DNA from: Squalus acanthias
Lineage: Eukaryota
Assembly: GCA_030390025.1 (NCBI GenBank)
Contig: CM059433.1
Span: forward strand, 11,906,001 to 11,970,000
DNA: 64,000 bases
Direction of reading: 5' to 3'
How positions within the stretch are numbered: the stretch's first letter is position 1; every line of letters starts with the position of its first letter. Both the position numbers and the translations under genes were made by a program. Below, piece after piece: positions 41,816 to 55,200 of the stretch. The notes under the pieces were generated by a model that searched no databases, had not been told where the DNA came from, and worked only from the letters and a program-made list of their open reading frames with translations.

Positions 41816-42259
41816 CGTTAGTTTAACTCCTGTCCAAGTCAAAATGTAGTGGGTTCAAGTCCAACCATAGATTTAAGTACAGAATCTAGGCTGACGGAGT
41901 GCTGCGTTGTCAGAGATGCTGTCTTTTGCAAGGGACATTAAACTGAGGCCTGTTCAATGAAATGTTAAAGATCCCATTGCACCATTTGAAGAATAGTAGG
42001 GAATTTTCCCAGTGACCTAGCTAACGTTCCAAAAAACATATTATCTAGGTCATTCACTCATTGATTTGCTGTACACGGGACCTTGCTGTGTGCTAACTCG
42101 TTGCCACTTTTCCCTACATCACAACAGTGACTGCACTTCCAAAGTAATCCAATGGTTTTAAACCACTCTGGGAAATTGAAGACATGAAAGTTCCAATATA
42201 AATGCAACTTATTTACTTTGTTGTTTCACAAAGTCCTTGTCAAACTCATGTGAGCTTAC

Positions 42260-42349
42260 CTTTGCTCCTGCTGTTTCACAAGCCAAGTCATTCAGCTGGA
42301 CAAAGTCTGGAAGCTTTTCCGTATTTTCCTGGATTGGACGAGCTGCCAT
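42260..42349 (-). CDS. ALLC: Allantoicase, first coding exon (MAARPIQENTEKLPDFVQLNDLACETAGAK)
   Basis: ATG at 42349, acceptor ttag just above 42362, donor gtaagc; 90 nt; resembles the fish allantoicase N-terminus (PDF..N.LACE..G.K). Confidence 0.9.
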
Positions 42350-43074
42350 TGTTCAATCAGTTCTAACGGATTAAATATTGTATTTTTTTTCTTGATTATA
42401 AAGTTCTTGACAAATGAAACTATTGCAACAAAACGTGAAGCAACCTTTTCCTTTAGTAAACTAGAAACTCTAATTAATTCAAAGTGAAAAACAGTATTAA
42501 GATTGAAATATTTTCCCTATAGTCCAGCACTCAGAGTACTGCATGAGTCAAATGTGCGATGGCACAGTAACACAGATCCTTATGTTGAGGTGTAACAGGC
42601 TGTGACTACATGCCCGCAATCCTCTACGCATCAAGGACCTGATCCCAGCTGTGCTGGTATTGGAGAAGAGGCCTGGCCCTTCACCACAAGGAGGGAAGCC
42701 ATATCAGAGGGTTGGTTCTCCCAGACCATGAACAGTCAAAAGACACTTTTATTTTACTATGGTACAGTCAACTTCCAACATGTGGATCTCGTACTTCCAA
42801 CATGTAGGTCTCACTGACACTCTCCAGTGTGAATCATCTGCCATGCCTTGTTCCAATGGAAGTGGCGATCCACTTTTGCGTGGGTCTCCAGACCATCACA
42901 CCAACCCACTTTATGGATCCATTGGTCTGTAGGCGACCAACAGCAGACTTTAAATGTAGGAAGAGTAGAGTGATGTAGGGAAGTTGTTTTCATGTTGCTC
43001 TCCCAGGGCTGTACTAAGCAGCTACAGAGTGGTAGTAACAGAGGACTAAAGAGCAACATCTGATCATGGACACT

Positions 43075-43455
43075 GGCCTAGAAATTCGATGGTGCGCCAT
43101 CCGTTTATTAGCCACAAAACAGGTGCCTGAGCATCCAATAGGGCACATGCTTATTAAGTGCCAAAAGTGCGTTGCCCACCATATTGGTAAAGGCAGTTAA
43201 AGAGGGGTCTTGGGCCGTGCTTTAAACAGGCTTTAGTCCCTTTGCATATGCAAATAGGGGCCTAACGCCTGTTGGACGCCCCCTTTGCAACATTGGGCTG
43301 CCCTAAACGCAGCCTGTGCCGGGCCGACTGCGGTCAGAAGACGTGGTCTACATGCGGTCTAACGAGTGCTCCTTAAAAGGGATCACTGGAGACCGCCACC
43401 AAAAAGGTAAGTCTTCCCTGTGCCCAGATCCCGCCGGCCTGCCAATTTCTTGGCC
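43075..43455. mobile_element. Harbinger-type MITE
   Basis: TIR ggcctagaaatt / aatttcttggcc, TSD act. Confidence 0.75.
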
Positions 43456-45083
43456 ACTGAGCTTGGAGAAAGGACCACTGCTCACTGTTACAGCTACCTC
43501 CGAGGACACAGGCAGGAAAAGCAACATTCACTGTTTGTATTTATAGAGACCGTGCGCGACTTCTGTGCTATAATACCTCATGCGCATATTCCCCTCCCTT
43601 CACCCACTATTGGCAGCAGAGGCTTCAGACGCTGCCATCGTACTGTCAACAATTCCCTTCCTAAACCATTTGGTCTCCCACCATCTATATTCTTGTTTTA
43701 ATCGCCCCTCATTCCCAGGCTCGGCATCCATTTTTTACATGTCTGTTTGGAATGTCCCACCTTGGAATGTTCTTCACCTTAAAAGGTGCTATCCAAATGC
43801 AAGTTGTTTTACCGTATGTTGCCCAGTACATTCTCATCTTTTTCCTAACTACTTCACGATGCTGTATATGATTAAATCTTTCCACTATTTGTTCACATAT
43901 TAACTGACGCATAAAATTCCTTTCGCCTATTAACCCTTTATAGGCCAATGAGCTATGCCTTTTAGCAATCGCTGTCCCAGCTTGAATAGATATTAAATGG
44001 ACTTTTCTAACTTTCCACGAGTAGGAATCTTAGAATTTTTTTTATGGCAAATCTAAATAAAGATAATTCAAAACAACACAATTGCCAACATCAAACGCTT
44101 CAAATGTTGAAGTGCCTCTGAAGCTAACAAAAGTTTATAAAAAAGAAAATCTCATCACAAATTCTGATCCTACTATTTCATTTTATTCAGATTTATACAC
44201 ATTACAATTACAGTCAATCCAAATTTACATTTTAAATTTGGAACATGCAGGTTATGCATTTGATCTGTGACATACCAGTTTTCCTTCTGACAAGCCAGTT
44301 TACAGCCTTACCATCCAGCCAGTGACTTTGAAATGCAAAAAAGTCGCAGTCTGCTAAACAGCTCAACTGTTATCAGTAAACCTGCAGAGTGAACTTCTAA
44401 TCAGGCAGTCATTGACCTGAAGGTAACCAGCTGTATCATCGGGCATTGCAAAAACATGTATAATGGAAAACAGATTGATGATATGCACTTTATTAGCTTT
44501 GGTTTCTTATACAGTTACAAAACATACAGAGTTAAAATTCCTTTCAATCCACCTTTAATATTAGCAGTGTTTTAGCCAAGTCTTCAATTAATACTATAAT
44601 ACGCAGTACTGTTCTGTGCAACGCAGGCTTATATGCAAATATTTTGCAAATCCCACCCTGACTCAACCTCTGTACGTAACAGGATTCCTGATTTTCATAA
44701 CATACCGTAAAAGTTAAAGTAGCACACTGTCGAAACTCACCAATAAATGTCCAGTGATGTTAAAGAGGCAATATTATCGCGGTACAGTTCTTGTGAGCTA
44801 ATTTATCAGGACTGATGATCCACATAATGTCAATCACATCTAGTGTTAAAAAATACATTGTTTAATCTTTTTGAAACATTTTCTTTGATATATATAGCAA
44901 ATAGAAGGGGTCGAAGTGGAGAAACAGGGGAAGAGGATGACAAATTAAAAATCTATTATATACACATTCTACTAACTTGTGCTAAATAACTATATGACCT
45001 TCCTCGACAGCAAAAAATGTTTTGACTGCATTACGGATGGGAGAAGGGGTCAGTTCTGCAGTGCTTTGTTAGCAACAGAAATA

Positions 45084-45546
45084 AAGAAAGACATGCATTT
45101 ATATAGCGCCTTTCACGACCACCAGACGTCTCAAAGCGCTTTACAGCCAATGAAGTACTTTTGGAGTGTAGTCACTGTTGTAATGTAGGAAACGCAGCTG
45201 CCAATTTGCGCACAGCAAGCTCCCACAAACAGCAATGTGATAATGACCAGATAATCTGTTTTTGTTATGTTGATTGAGGGATAAATATTGGCCAGGACAC
45301 CGGGGAGAACTCCCCTGCTCGTCTTTGAAATAGTGCCATGGGATCTTTTACGTCCACCTGAGAGAGCAGACGGGGCCTCGATTTAACGTCTCATCCAAAA
45401 GACGTCACCTCCGACAGTGCAGCACTCCCTCAGCACTGGGAGTGTCAGCCTAGATTTATGTGCTCAAGTCCCTGGAGTGGGGACTGTGAACCCACAACCT
45501 TCTGACTCAGAGGTGAGAGTGCTACCCACTGAGCCACAGCTGACAC
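45084..45546 (-). mobile_element. Deu-domain SINE
   Basis: Full-length reverse-complement copy; a partial 3' copy follows at 45716-45892. Confidence 0.85.
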
Positions 45547-46254
45547 TAAATGGGGGGCGGTCCTGGCCTTTGGTAGATTTGGGAATGGCCTTGGGGAAAT
45601 GGAAAAGCTGGAGTGGGAGTCGTGGAGTTTGACAGTGGCTGCACTGGGGCTGCTGGAGTTTGGCAGCTTGGGAATGTTCTTTCATCCAGCGTCACTCCAG
45701 AGGGGAACCTGAAAGGAAGAAAGACTTGCATTTCTATAGCGCCTTTCACGACCACCGGACGGCTCAAAGCGCTTCACAGCCAATGAAGTACTTTTTTTTT
45801 GAAGTGGAGTCACTGTTGTAATGTGGGAAACGCGGCAGCCAATTTGCGCACAGTAAGCTCCCACAAACAGCAATGTGATAATGACTAGATGATAATTACC
45901 AGAACCTGGCACTATGGAAGTGCAAACAGGCGAGGGAGGGAGGAGATTCTGCCCCCCTCATTTGTAGCTGGGTCTGCAGACGAGCAGGCAGCAGGTTTGG
46001 CGGCTGGGGCTGCAGGTTACCGTGAGGAAGAGTGTCGGGGACTGGGGTGAGGGCCCGGGGCCGGGTGGGAAGGAGCAGCGATGGGGAAGCAGGTGCTGCA
46101 GGAGGCGAACAGGTGGAGGCCCGAAGTGTGTGGAAGACACTGGGTGCAGAGAGAAGGGCCGGACGGCAGCACAGCCACCGGCAACAGGTTATATATACTT
46201 ATTTTATAAAAATCAAGAGTAAAATTTAAAGAAAGTTAGAGGAAAAACTTTGGA

Positions 46255-46330
46255 AAAGCTGAACTTACCTGGAGGCAGCCAAGATGGCGGACCCGGGGGA
46301 CTGGATTCCCGCCCAGGTGTAAACTAGTGG
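46255..46330 (-). promoter_or_regulatory. Candidate ALLC promoter / non-coding first exon
   Basis: Minus-strand donor CAG|gtaagt at 46269; YY1 motif AAGATGGCGG at 46281-46290; GC-box/E2F-like GGGCGGGAA; upstream of the ALLC acceptor at 42362. Confidence 0.35.
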
Positions 46331-46332
46331 CC

Positions 46333-49300
46333 GGGCTGTGTAATTACACCTGGAGGACGGGCTGTGTAATTACACCTGGAGGACGGGCTGTGTAATTACA
46401 CCCGGTGGCCGAGCTGTGTAATTACACCTGGAGGACGGGCCGTGTAATCACACCCGGTGGACGGGCTGTGTAATTACACCTGGCGGACGGGCTGTGTAAT
46501 CACACCCGGTGGCCGGGCTGTGTAATTACACCTGGAGGACGGGCTGTGTAATTACACCTGGAGGCCGGGCTGTGTAATTACACCTGGAGGATGGGCTGTG
46601 TAATTACACGTGGAGGCCGGGCTGTGTAATTACACCTGGAGGCCGGGCTGCGTAATTACACCTGGAGGCCGGGCTGTGTAATTACACCTGTTGGCCGGGC
46701 TGTGTAATTACACCTGGAGGACGGGCCGTGTAATTACACCTGGAGGACGGGCTGTGTAATTACACCCGGTGGACGGGCTGTGTAATTACACCTGGCGGAC
46801 GGGCTGTGTAATCACACCCGGTGGCCGGGCTGTGTAATTACACCTGGAGGACGGGCTGTGTAATTACACCTGGAGGACGGGCTGTGTAATTACACCTGGA
46901 GGATGGGCTGTGTAATTACACGTGGAGGCCGGGCTGTGTAATTACACCTGGAGGCCGGGCTGCGTAATTACACCTGGAGGCCGGGCTGTGTAATTACACC
47001 CGGTGGTCGGGCTGTGTAATTACACCTGGAGGCCGGGCTGTGTAATTACACCTGGTGGCCGGGCTGTGTAATTACACCTGGAGGCCGGGCTGTGTAATTA
47101 CACCTGGAGGACGGGCTGTGTAATTACACCTGGAGGCCGGGCTGTGTAATTACACCTGGTGGCCGGGCTGTGTAATTACACCTGGTGGCCGGGCTGTGTA
47201 ATTACACCTGGAGAACGGGCTGTGTAATTACACCTGTTGGCCGGGCTGTGTAATTACACCTGGAGGCCGGGCTGTGTAATTACACCTGGTGGACGGGCTG
47301 TGTAATTACACCTGGTGGACGGTCTGTGTAATTACACCTGGAGGACGGGCTGTGTAATTACATCTGGTGGACGGGCTGTGTAATTACACCTGGAGGACGG
47401 GCTGTGTAATTACACCTGGTGGACGGGCTGTGTAATTACACCTGGTGGACGGGCTGTGTAATTACACGCGGTGGCCGGGCTGTGTAATTCCACCCGGTGG
47501 CCAGGCTGTGTAATTACACCCGGTGGACGGGCTGTGTAATTACACCTGGAGGACGGGCTGTGTAATTACACCTGATGGACGGGCTGTGTAATTACACCTG
47601 GTTGATGGGCTGTGTAATTACACCTGGTGGACGGGCTGTGTAATTACACCTAGTGGACGGGCTGTGTAATTACACCTGGTGGACGGGCTGTGTAATTACA
47701 CCTGGTGGACGGGCTGTGTAATTACACCTGGTGGACGGGCTGTGTAATTACACCCGGTGGCCGGGCTGTGTAATTACATCTGGAGGCCGGGCTGTGTAAT
47801 TACATCTGGAGGCCGGGCTGTGTAATTACACCTGGTGGCCGGGCTGTGTATTTACACCTGGAGGCCGGGCTGTGTAATTACACCTGGAGGACGGGCTGTG
47901 TAATTACATCTGGAGGACGGGCTGTGTAATTACACCTGGAGGACGGGCTGTGTAATTACACCCGGTGGATGAGCTGTGTACTTACACCTGGTGGCCGGGC
48001 TGTGTAATTACACCTGGTGGCCGGGCTCTGCAATTACACCTGGTGGCCGGGCTGTGTAATTACACCTGGAGGACGGGCTGTGTAATTACCCCTGGAGGAC
48101 GGGCTGTGTAATTACACCTGGTGGCCGGGCTGTGTAATTACACCTGGTGGCCGGGCTGTGTAATTACACCTGGAGGCCGGTCTGTGTAATTACACCCGGT
48201 AGCCGTGCTGTGTAATTACACCTGGTGGCCGGGCTGTGTAATTACACCTGGAGGCCGGGCTGTGTAATTACATCTGGAGGACGGGCTGTGTAATTACACC
48301 TGGTGGACGGGCTGTGTAATTCCACCCGGTGGACGGGCTGTGTAATTACACCCGGTGGACGGGCTGTGTAATTACACCTGGTGGTCAGGCTGTGTAACTA
48401 CACCCGGTGGACGGGCTGTGTAATTACACCCAGTGGCCGGGCTGTGTAATTACACCCGGTGGCCAGGCTGTGTAATTACATCTGGAGGCCGGGCTGTGTA
48501 ATTACATCTGGAGGCCGGGCTGTGTAATTACACCTGGTGGCCCGGCTGTGTAATTACACCCAGTGGCCAGGCTGTGTAATTACACCCGGTGGCCAGGCTG
48601 TGTAATTACATCTGGAGGCCGGGCTGTGTAATTATATCTGGAGGCCGGGCTGTGTAATTAACCTGGAGGCCAGGCTGTGTAATTACACCCGGTGCCCCGG
48701 CTGTGTAATTACCCCCGGTGGCCGGGCTGTGTAATCACACCCGGTGGACGGGCTGTGTAATTACACCCGGTGGACGGGCTGTGTAATTACACCCGGTGGC
48801 CGGGCTGTGTAATTACACCCGGTGGCCGGGCTGTGTAATTACACCTGACGGACGGGCTGTGTAATTACACCTGATGGACGGGCTGTGTAATTACACCTGG
48901 TTGATGGGCTGTGTAATTACACCTGGTGGACGGGCTGTGTAATTACACCTAGTGGACGGGCTGTGTAATTACACCTGGTGGACGGGCTGTGTAATTACAC
49001 CTGGTGGCCGGGCTGTGTAATTACACCCGGTGGCCGGGCTGTGTAATTACACCTGGAGGACGGGCTGTGTAATTACACCTGGAGGACAGGCTGTGTAATT
49101 ACACCTGGAGGCCGGGCTGTGTAATTACACCTGGTGGCCGGGCTGTGTAATTACACCCGGTGGCCGGGCTGTGTAATTACACCTGGAGGACGGGCTGTGC
49201 AATTACACCTGATGGACGTGCTGTGTAATTACACCTGGTGGACGGGCTGTGTAATTACACCTGCTGGACGGGCTGTGTAATTACACCCGGTGGCCGGGCT

Positions 49301-51181
49301 GTTTAATCACACCCGGTGGACGGGCTATGTAATCACACCCGGTGGACGGGCTGTGTAATTACACCCGGTGGCCGGGCTGTGTAATTACACCTGGAGGATG
49401 GGCTGTGTAATTACACCTGGTGGACGGGCTGTGTAATTACACCTGGTGGCCGGGCTGTGTAATTACACCTGGTGGCCGGGCTGTGTAATTACACCCGGTG
49501 GACGGGCTGTGTAATTACACCCGGTGGACGGGCTGTGTAATTACACCTGGAGGACGGGCTGTGTAATTACACCCGGTGGACGGGCTGTGTAATTACACCC
49601 GGTGGACGGGCTGTGTAATTACACCTGGTGGCCGGGCTGTGTAATTACACCCGGTGGACGGGCTGTGTAATTACACCCGGTGGACGGGCTGTGTAATTAC
49701 ACCTGGAGGACGGGCTGTGTAATTACACCCGGTGGACGGGCTGTGTAATTACACCTGGAGGATGGGCTGTGTAATTACACCCAGTGGCCGGGCTGTGTAA
49801 TTACACCTGGTGGCCGGGCTGTGTAATTAAACCTAGTGGCCGGGCTGTGTAATTACACCTGGTATACGGGCTGTGTAATTACACCTGGAGGACGGGCTGT
49901 GTAATTACACCTGGTGGACGGTCTGTGTAATTACACCTGGAGGCCGGGCTGTATAATTACACCTGGAGGACGGGCTGTGTAATTACACCTAGTGTCCGGG
50001 TTGTGTAATTACACCTGGTGGATGGGCTATGTAATTACACCTAGTGGCCGGGCTGTGTAATTACACCCGGTGGCCGGGCTGTGTAATTACACCTGGAGGA
50101 CGGGCTGTGTAATTACACCTAGTGGCCGGGCTGTGTAATTACACCTGGAGGCCGGTCTGTTTAATTACACCTAGTGGCCGGGCTGTGTAATTACACCTGG
50201 AGGCCGGTCTGTTTAATTACACCTGGTGGCCGGGCTGTGTAATTACACCTGGTGGCCGGGCTGTGTAATTACACCCGGTGGCCGGTCTGTGTAATTACAC
50301 CCGGTGGCCGGGCTGTGTAATTACACCTGGAGGCCGGTCTGTTTAATTACACCCGGTGGCTGGGCTGTGTAATTACACCCGGTGGACGGGCTGTGTAATT
50401 ACACCTGGTGGCCGGGCTGTGTAATTACACCTGGAGGCCGGGCTGTGTAATTACACCCAGTGGCCGGGTTGTGTAATTACACCCGGTGGCCAGGCTGTGT
50501 AATTACACCCGGTGGCTGTGCTGTGTAATTACACCTGGTGGACGGGCTGTGTAATTACACCTGGTGGACGGGCTGTGTAATTACTCCTGGTGGACGGGCT
50601 GTGTAATTACACCTGGAGGACGGCCTGTGTAATTACACCTGGAGGACGGGCTGTGTAATTACACCTGGAGGACGGGCTGTGTAATTACACCCGGTGCCCG
50701 TGCTGTGTAATTACACCCGGTGGCCGGGCTATGTAATCACACCCGGTGGATAGGCTGTGTAATCACACCTGGTGGACGGGCTGTGTAATTACACCCGGTG
50801 GCCGGGCTGTGTAATTACACCCGGTGGACGGGCTGTGTAATTACACCTGGAGGATGGGCTGTGTAATTACACCTGGAGGATGGGCTGTGTAATTACACCT
50901 GGTGGATAGGCTGTGTAATTACACCTGGAGGACGGGCTGTGTAATTGCACCTGGTGGACGGGCTGTGTAATTACACCTGGTGGACGGTCTTTGTAATTAC
51001 ACCTGCTGGATAGGCTGTTTAATTACACCTGGAGGACGGGCTGTGTAATTACACCTGGTGGACGGGCTGTGTAATTACACCTGGAGGCCGGTCTGTTTAA
51101 TTACACCTGGTGGCCGGGCTGTGTAATTACACCTGGAGGCCAGGCTGTGTAATTACACCTGGTGGCCGGGTTGTGTAATTG
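46333..51181. repeat. Minisatellite, ~186 x 26-bp unit gggctgtgtaattacacc(t/c)gg(a/t)gg(a/c)c
   Basis: Read directly; units start at 46333, 46359 and so on; central palindrome GTGTAATTACAC; no ORF in the track across the array. Confidence 0.99.
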
Positions 51182-51254
51182 CAACATTTTTTGGTTAAAA
51201 CTTAATTGATGGGCTGGTGCAATCACCAATTAAAGGTAACATGTGCCACCTCTC

Positions 51255-51880
51255 TGCACCCATTTTTACAGACTGGCTGGATTCCCCATGGGCAAGGTGC
51301 CATTGACAGATTCCCACGTCGCAATACCGGCCACTGTTAAGAATGCAATTAATTTTCTCAACAGGAAAAGTTATCATGCCTTCAGTCGCATGCAATGTGA
51401 AGCACTCGATATGTATGAGAATTATTGCAATCCAGGGAGCTGCTGCGATTCCTTTGTTTTAAGACCATCCACAATCCCAGTGCTGTTTTCAGGTCAAAGA
51501 TAGGTGTTGGGAGGGCTGATCAGTTACCGTTTGCAGCAGTGGCTGATTATACTTGGTTGGGAATCCAAGGACTCCTGAGGAACACCAATACAATGAGGCT
51601 CATGGAGCCACCAGCATTGTCATTGAGCAGCCCATATACATTCTGAGGGCACACCTCAAGTACCTGCATAGATCTGGCGGAGCGCTTCAGTACAGTCCTG
51701 CTCGGGTGTCTTGCACTGTTGTGGTCCGCTATAGGCTGCACAACTTCGCTATCCGCAAAGAGCTGCTGAACAACCTCCCCGTAGGACAAAGAAGAAAGTG
51801 ACGATGGCCAGCAGGCAGCCCATTACCAGCTGCCAGACAGCTTCAGGCAGATATAATAGGGACAACTTCAACTAAATAAG
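51255..51880 (+). mobile_element. Decayed Harbinger transposase
   Basis: [59 protein letters not shown] across frameshifts. Confidence 0.85.
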
Positions 51881-52259
51881 ATCAGAGCCGACTGCAAAAT
51901 CAGTTCTGCCATAATGCTCCTCTCCTTTGGCAACTATATCAATGCATTTTCTTGCTGATATGTGCTCTCTTCCACAACGCCAAGGCTCCCATTTGAAAAG
52001 CATTCTGTTACTCTTTCTCACGGGTACTCCCTCACCTTGGTACACATGTTCGATTAGTGATAAAAAAACATTTTAATGAAAACAAATCGGTGTGCCTCCC
52101 TGCTGTTTATGAAGCATTGCGCAAGCTCTGGCTAGTTTTTCAGCTTCTGCTGCAGTTGAAGCAACTGTAGAGCTAGGAGGAGCAGAAGTGTTCCCCCCCT
52201 GCCTCCACATTAATACTGCAGGCCGCCGCCTGACCCAGCTCATTTCCCCCTCATCCTGC

Positions 52260-55200
52260 AGGATTAAACCGAGTGGACTTGAACAGAGTGTTTTATTTGG
52301 GAATTTGGAAAGAGTGGGAATTTCTGGTAAGAGGGGGAAGGAGTTGTTGGTTTTGACTACACTATTTGTAGTGCTTTGTGTTACAGGTAGATATTTAATT
52401 CAGTACCCATAACTTAATCTAGATCAAGTAAGTAGTCAAGAAACTACACTGTAAACTAAGTTACCTAAATACAAATTTAATTAAATAAAACAAGGTCATA
52501 TAGGGATGGTAGTGCAGGTGGTGTGCCGCAACTGCAGCATGTGGGAGTTTGTGGAGAGCATTGTGATCCCGGACAACCACGTTTGCAGTAAGTGCCTGTA
52601 TCTTGAGGAACTTCAGCTCAGAGTTTTTGAGCTGGAGTCTGAGGTGCAGATATTGCGAGGCATCAGGGATGAGGAGAGTTACCTGGACACTTTGATCCAG
52701 GAGGCAGTCACACCCGTTAGGTTAGGTAGTGGTAGAGGTCTGTTTAGTGGTCAGGGACAGGAGGGAGTGACTGCAACTCAGGCAGGTAAGGGGACGCCAG
52801 GTAAAGTGCTGGAGGAGCCTCAACCTTTGCCCTTGTCCAACAGGTATGAAGTTCTTGCTGCCTGTGTGGATGAGGGCAAAGCCTGCAGGATGGATGAGCA
52901 AGCTGACCATGGCACCATGATGCAGGAGGCCATTCAAGTGGGGGGAGTGAAAGGGAATGTAGTTGTGGTAGGGGACAGTATAGTCAGGGGGATAGATACT
53001 GTTCTCTGCAGCCGCGACCGAGAGTTCTGAAGGTTGTGTTGCCTGCCCGGTGCCAGGGTTAAAGACATCTCCTCACGGCTGGAGAAGAATGTGGAGTGGG
53101 AGACGACACAGGTAGAACTAGGAATGAGATTCTGCTGAAGGAATTTGAGGAGCTAGGATCCAAATTAAAAAGCAGAACCTCAAAGATAATAATCTCTGGA
53201 TTGTTACCTGAGCCACATGCAAATTGGCATAGGGACAAACAGATTAGAGGTTTAAATGCGTGGCTCAAAGAGTGGTGGTGGGAGGAAGGGGTTTCAGTTC
53301 ATGGGGCACTGGCACCAGTACTGGGGAAAGAGGGAGCTGTTCCGTTGGGACAGGCTCCACTTAAACCGGGCTGGGACCAGTGTCCTGGCGAACCGAATAA
53401 CTAGGGCAGTAGACAGGGCTTTAAACTAATGAAGGGCAGGGTGGGAGGATTCAGGAAAGAGTAAATTTAAAAGCAGCGAGAGAAATGTAAAGGCTCTAAA
53501 GCAGAGTAGAGATTTGGGTAAAGATAAGCAGAGTGGGTCAGGAAGGGACAGAGAGAGTAACAAAGGTAATAGGGCATCAGTGACTAAGGTGACATCAGGG
53601 AAAAATAGAAATAAGTCAAAGCTAAAGGCACTATATCTGAATGCGCAAAGCATTCGCAACAAAATAGATGAATTAATAGCGCATAGAAATTAGCAGGTTT
53701 GATCTAATAGCCATAACGGAGATGTGGTTGCAAAGTGGCCAAGGTTGAGAACTAAATATTCCAGGATACTTAACTTTTAGAAGAGATAGGCAAAATGGAA
53801 AAGGAGGAGAGGTTGCTCTGATAATAAAGGATGCGATAAAGACAGTCGAGAGAAAGGATCTTAGCTCCGAAAATAAAGAAGTAGAATCAGTTTGGGTGGA
53901 GCTAAGAAACAGCAAGGGGCTGAAAACATTGGTGGGAGTTGTTTATAGGCCCCCAAACTGTAGTTGTAATGTAGGGCAGAGTATAAATCAGGAAATTCGA
54001 GGCGCATGTAACAAGGGTAATACAGTGATCATGTGGGACTAAATTTGCAGTAATAGTGTGGAGGACGAATTCATGGAATGTATGCAAGATAGTTTTCTAG
54101 ATCAGTATGTTGGGGAACCAACTAGGGAACAGGCTATTTTAGATCTAGTATTGTGCAACGAGAAAGGGTTAATTAATAACCTTGTAGTAAAGGGACCTTT
54201 TGGGAAGAGTGACCATAATATGATAGAATTTTATATTGAGTTTGAAAGTGATTTAGTTAGATCCGAAACTAGGGTCTTAAATCTAAACAAAGCAAACTAC
54301 ATAGGTATGAGGGGAGAGTTGACTACGGTAAATTGGGAAACTATATTAAAAGGTATGATGGTAGACAATCAATGGCTAGCATTTAAAGAATTAATACATA
54401 ATTTACAACAAATATACATTCCTTTAAGGCACAAAAACCCCACAGAGAAAGTGGTCCAACCGTGGCTAACAAGAGAAGTTAAAGATAGTATTAGATCAAA
54501 GGAAGAGGTTTATAATGTTGCCAAAAAGAGCAGTAAGCCTGAGGATTGGGAGAATTTTAGAATTCAGCAAAGGAGGACCAAGAAATTGATAAAGAAAGGG
54601 AAAATAGAATGAGAGTAAACTAGCGAGAGTCATAAAAACAGACTGTAAAAGCTTCTGTAGGTATGTAAAAAGGAAAAGATTTGCAAAAGTAAATGTGGGT
54701 CCTTTACAGGCTGAGACATGAGAAATTATAACAGGGTCTAAGAAAATGGCAGAGAAATTAAATAAATACTTTGTGTCTCTCTTCACGGAAGAAGACAGCA
54801 AATAACTTCCCGGAAATAGTGGAGAACCAAGGCTCTAGCGAGAATGAGGAACTGAGAGAAATTAGTATTAGTCAAAAAATAGTACTGGAGCAATTAATGG
54901 GACTGAAAGCCGATAAATCCCCTGGACCTGATAGCCAACATCCTAGGGTTTTAAAAGAGGTGGCTATAGAGATAATGGATGCTTTGGTTGTCTTTTTCCA
55001 AAATTCCATAGATTCTGGAATGGTTCCCACGGATTGGAAGGTGGCAAATGTAACCCCACTATTTAAGAAAGGAGGGAGTGAGAAAATGGGGAACTACAGA
55101 TCAGATAGCCTGACATCAGTAGTAGGGAAAATGCTAGAATCTATTATTAAGGATGTGGTAAGAGGGCACTTAGAAAATAATAACAGGATTGGGCAGAGTC

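Noticed and set aside
46284..46322. Plus-strand gene start gccaagATGGCG
   Set aside because: The frame stops after 12 codons at the array edge; treated as a YY1-like motif only
46333..51181. CRISPR array (palindromic constant part plus variable part)
   Set aside because: Variable parts are only 8 nt, reuse a handful of variants and are not unique spacers; no cas genes; vertebrate context
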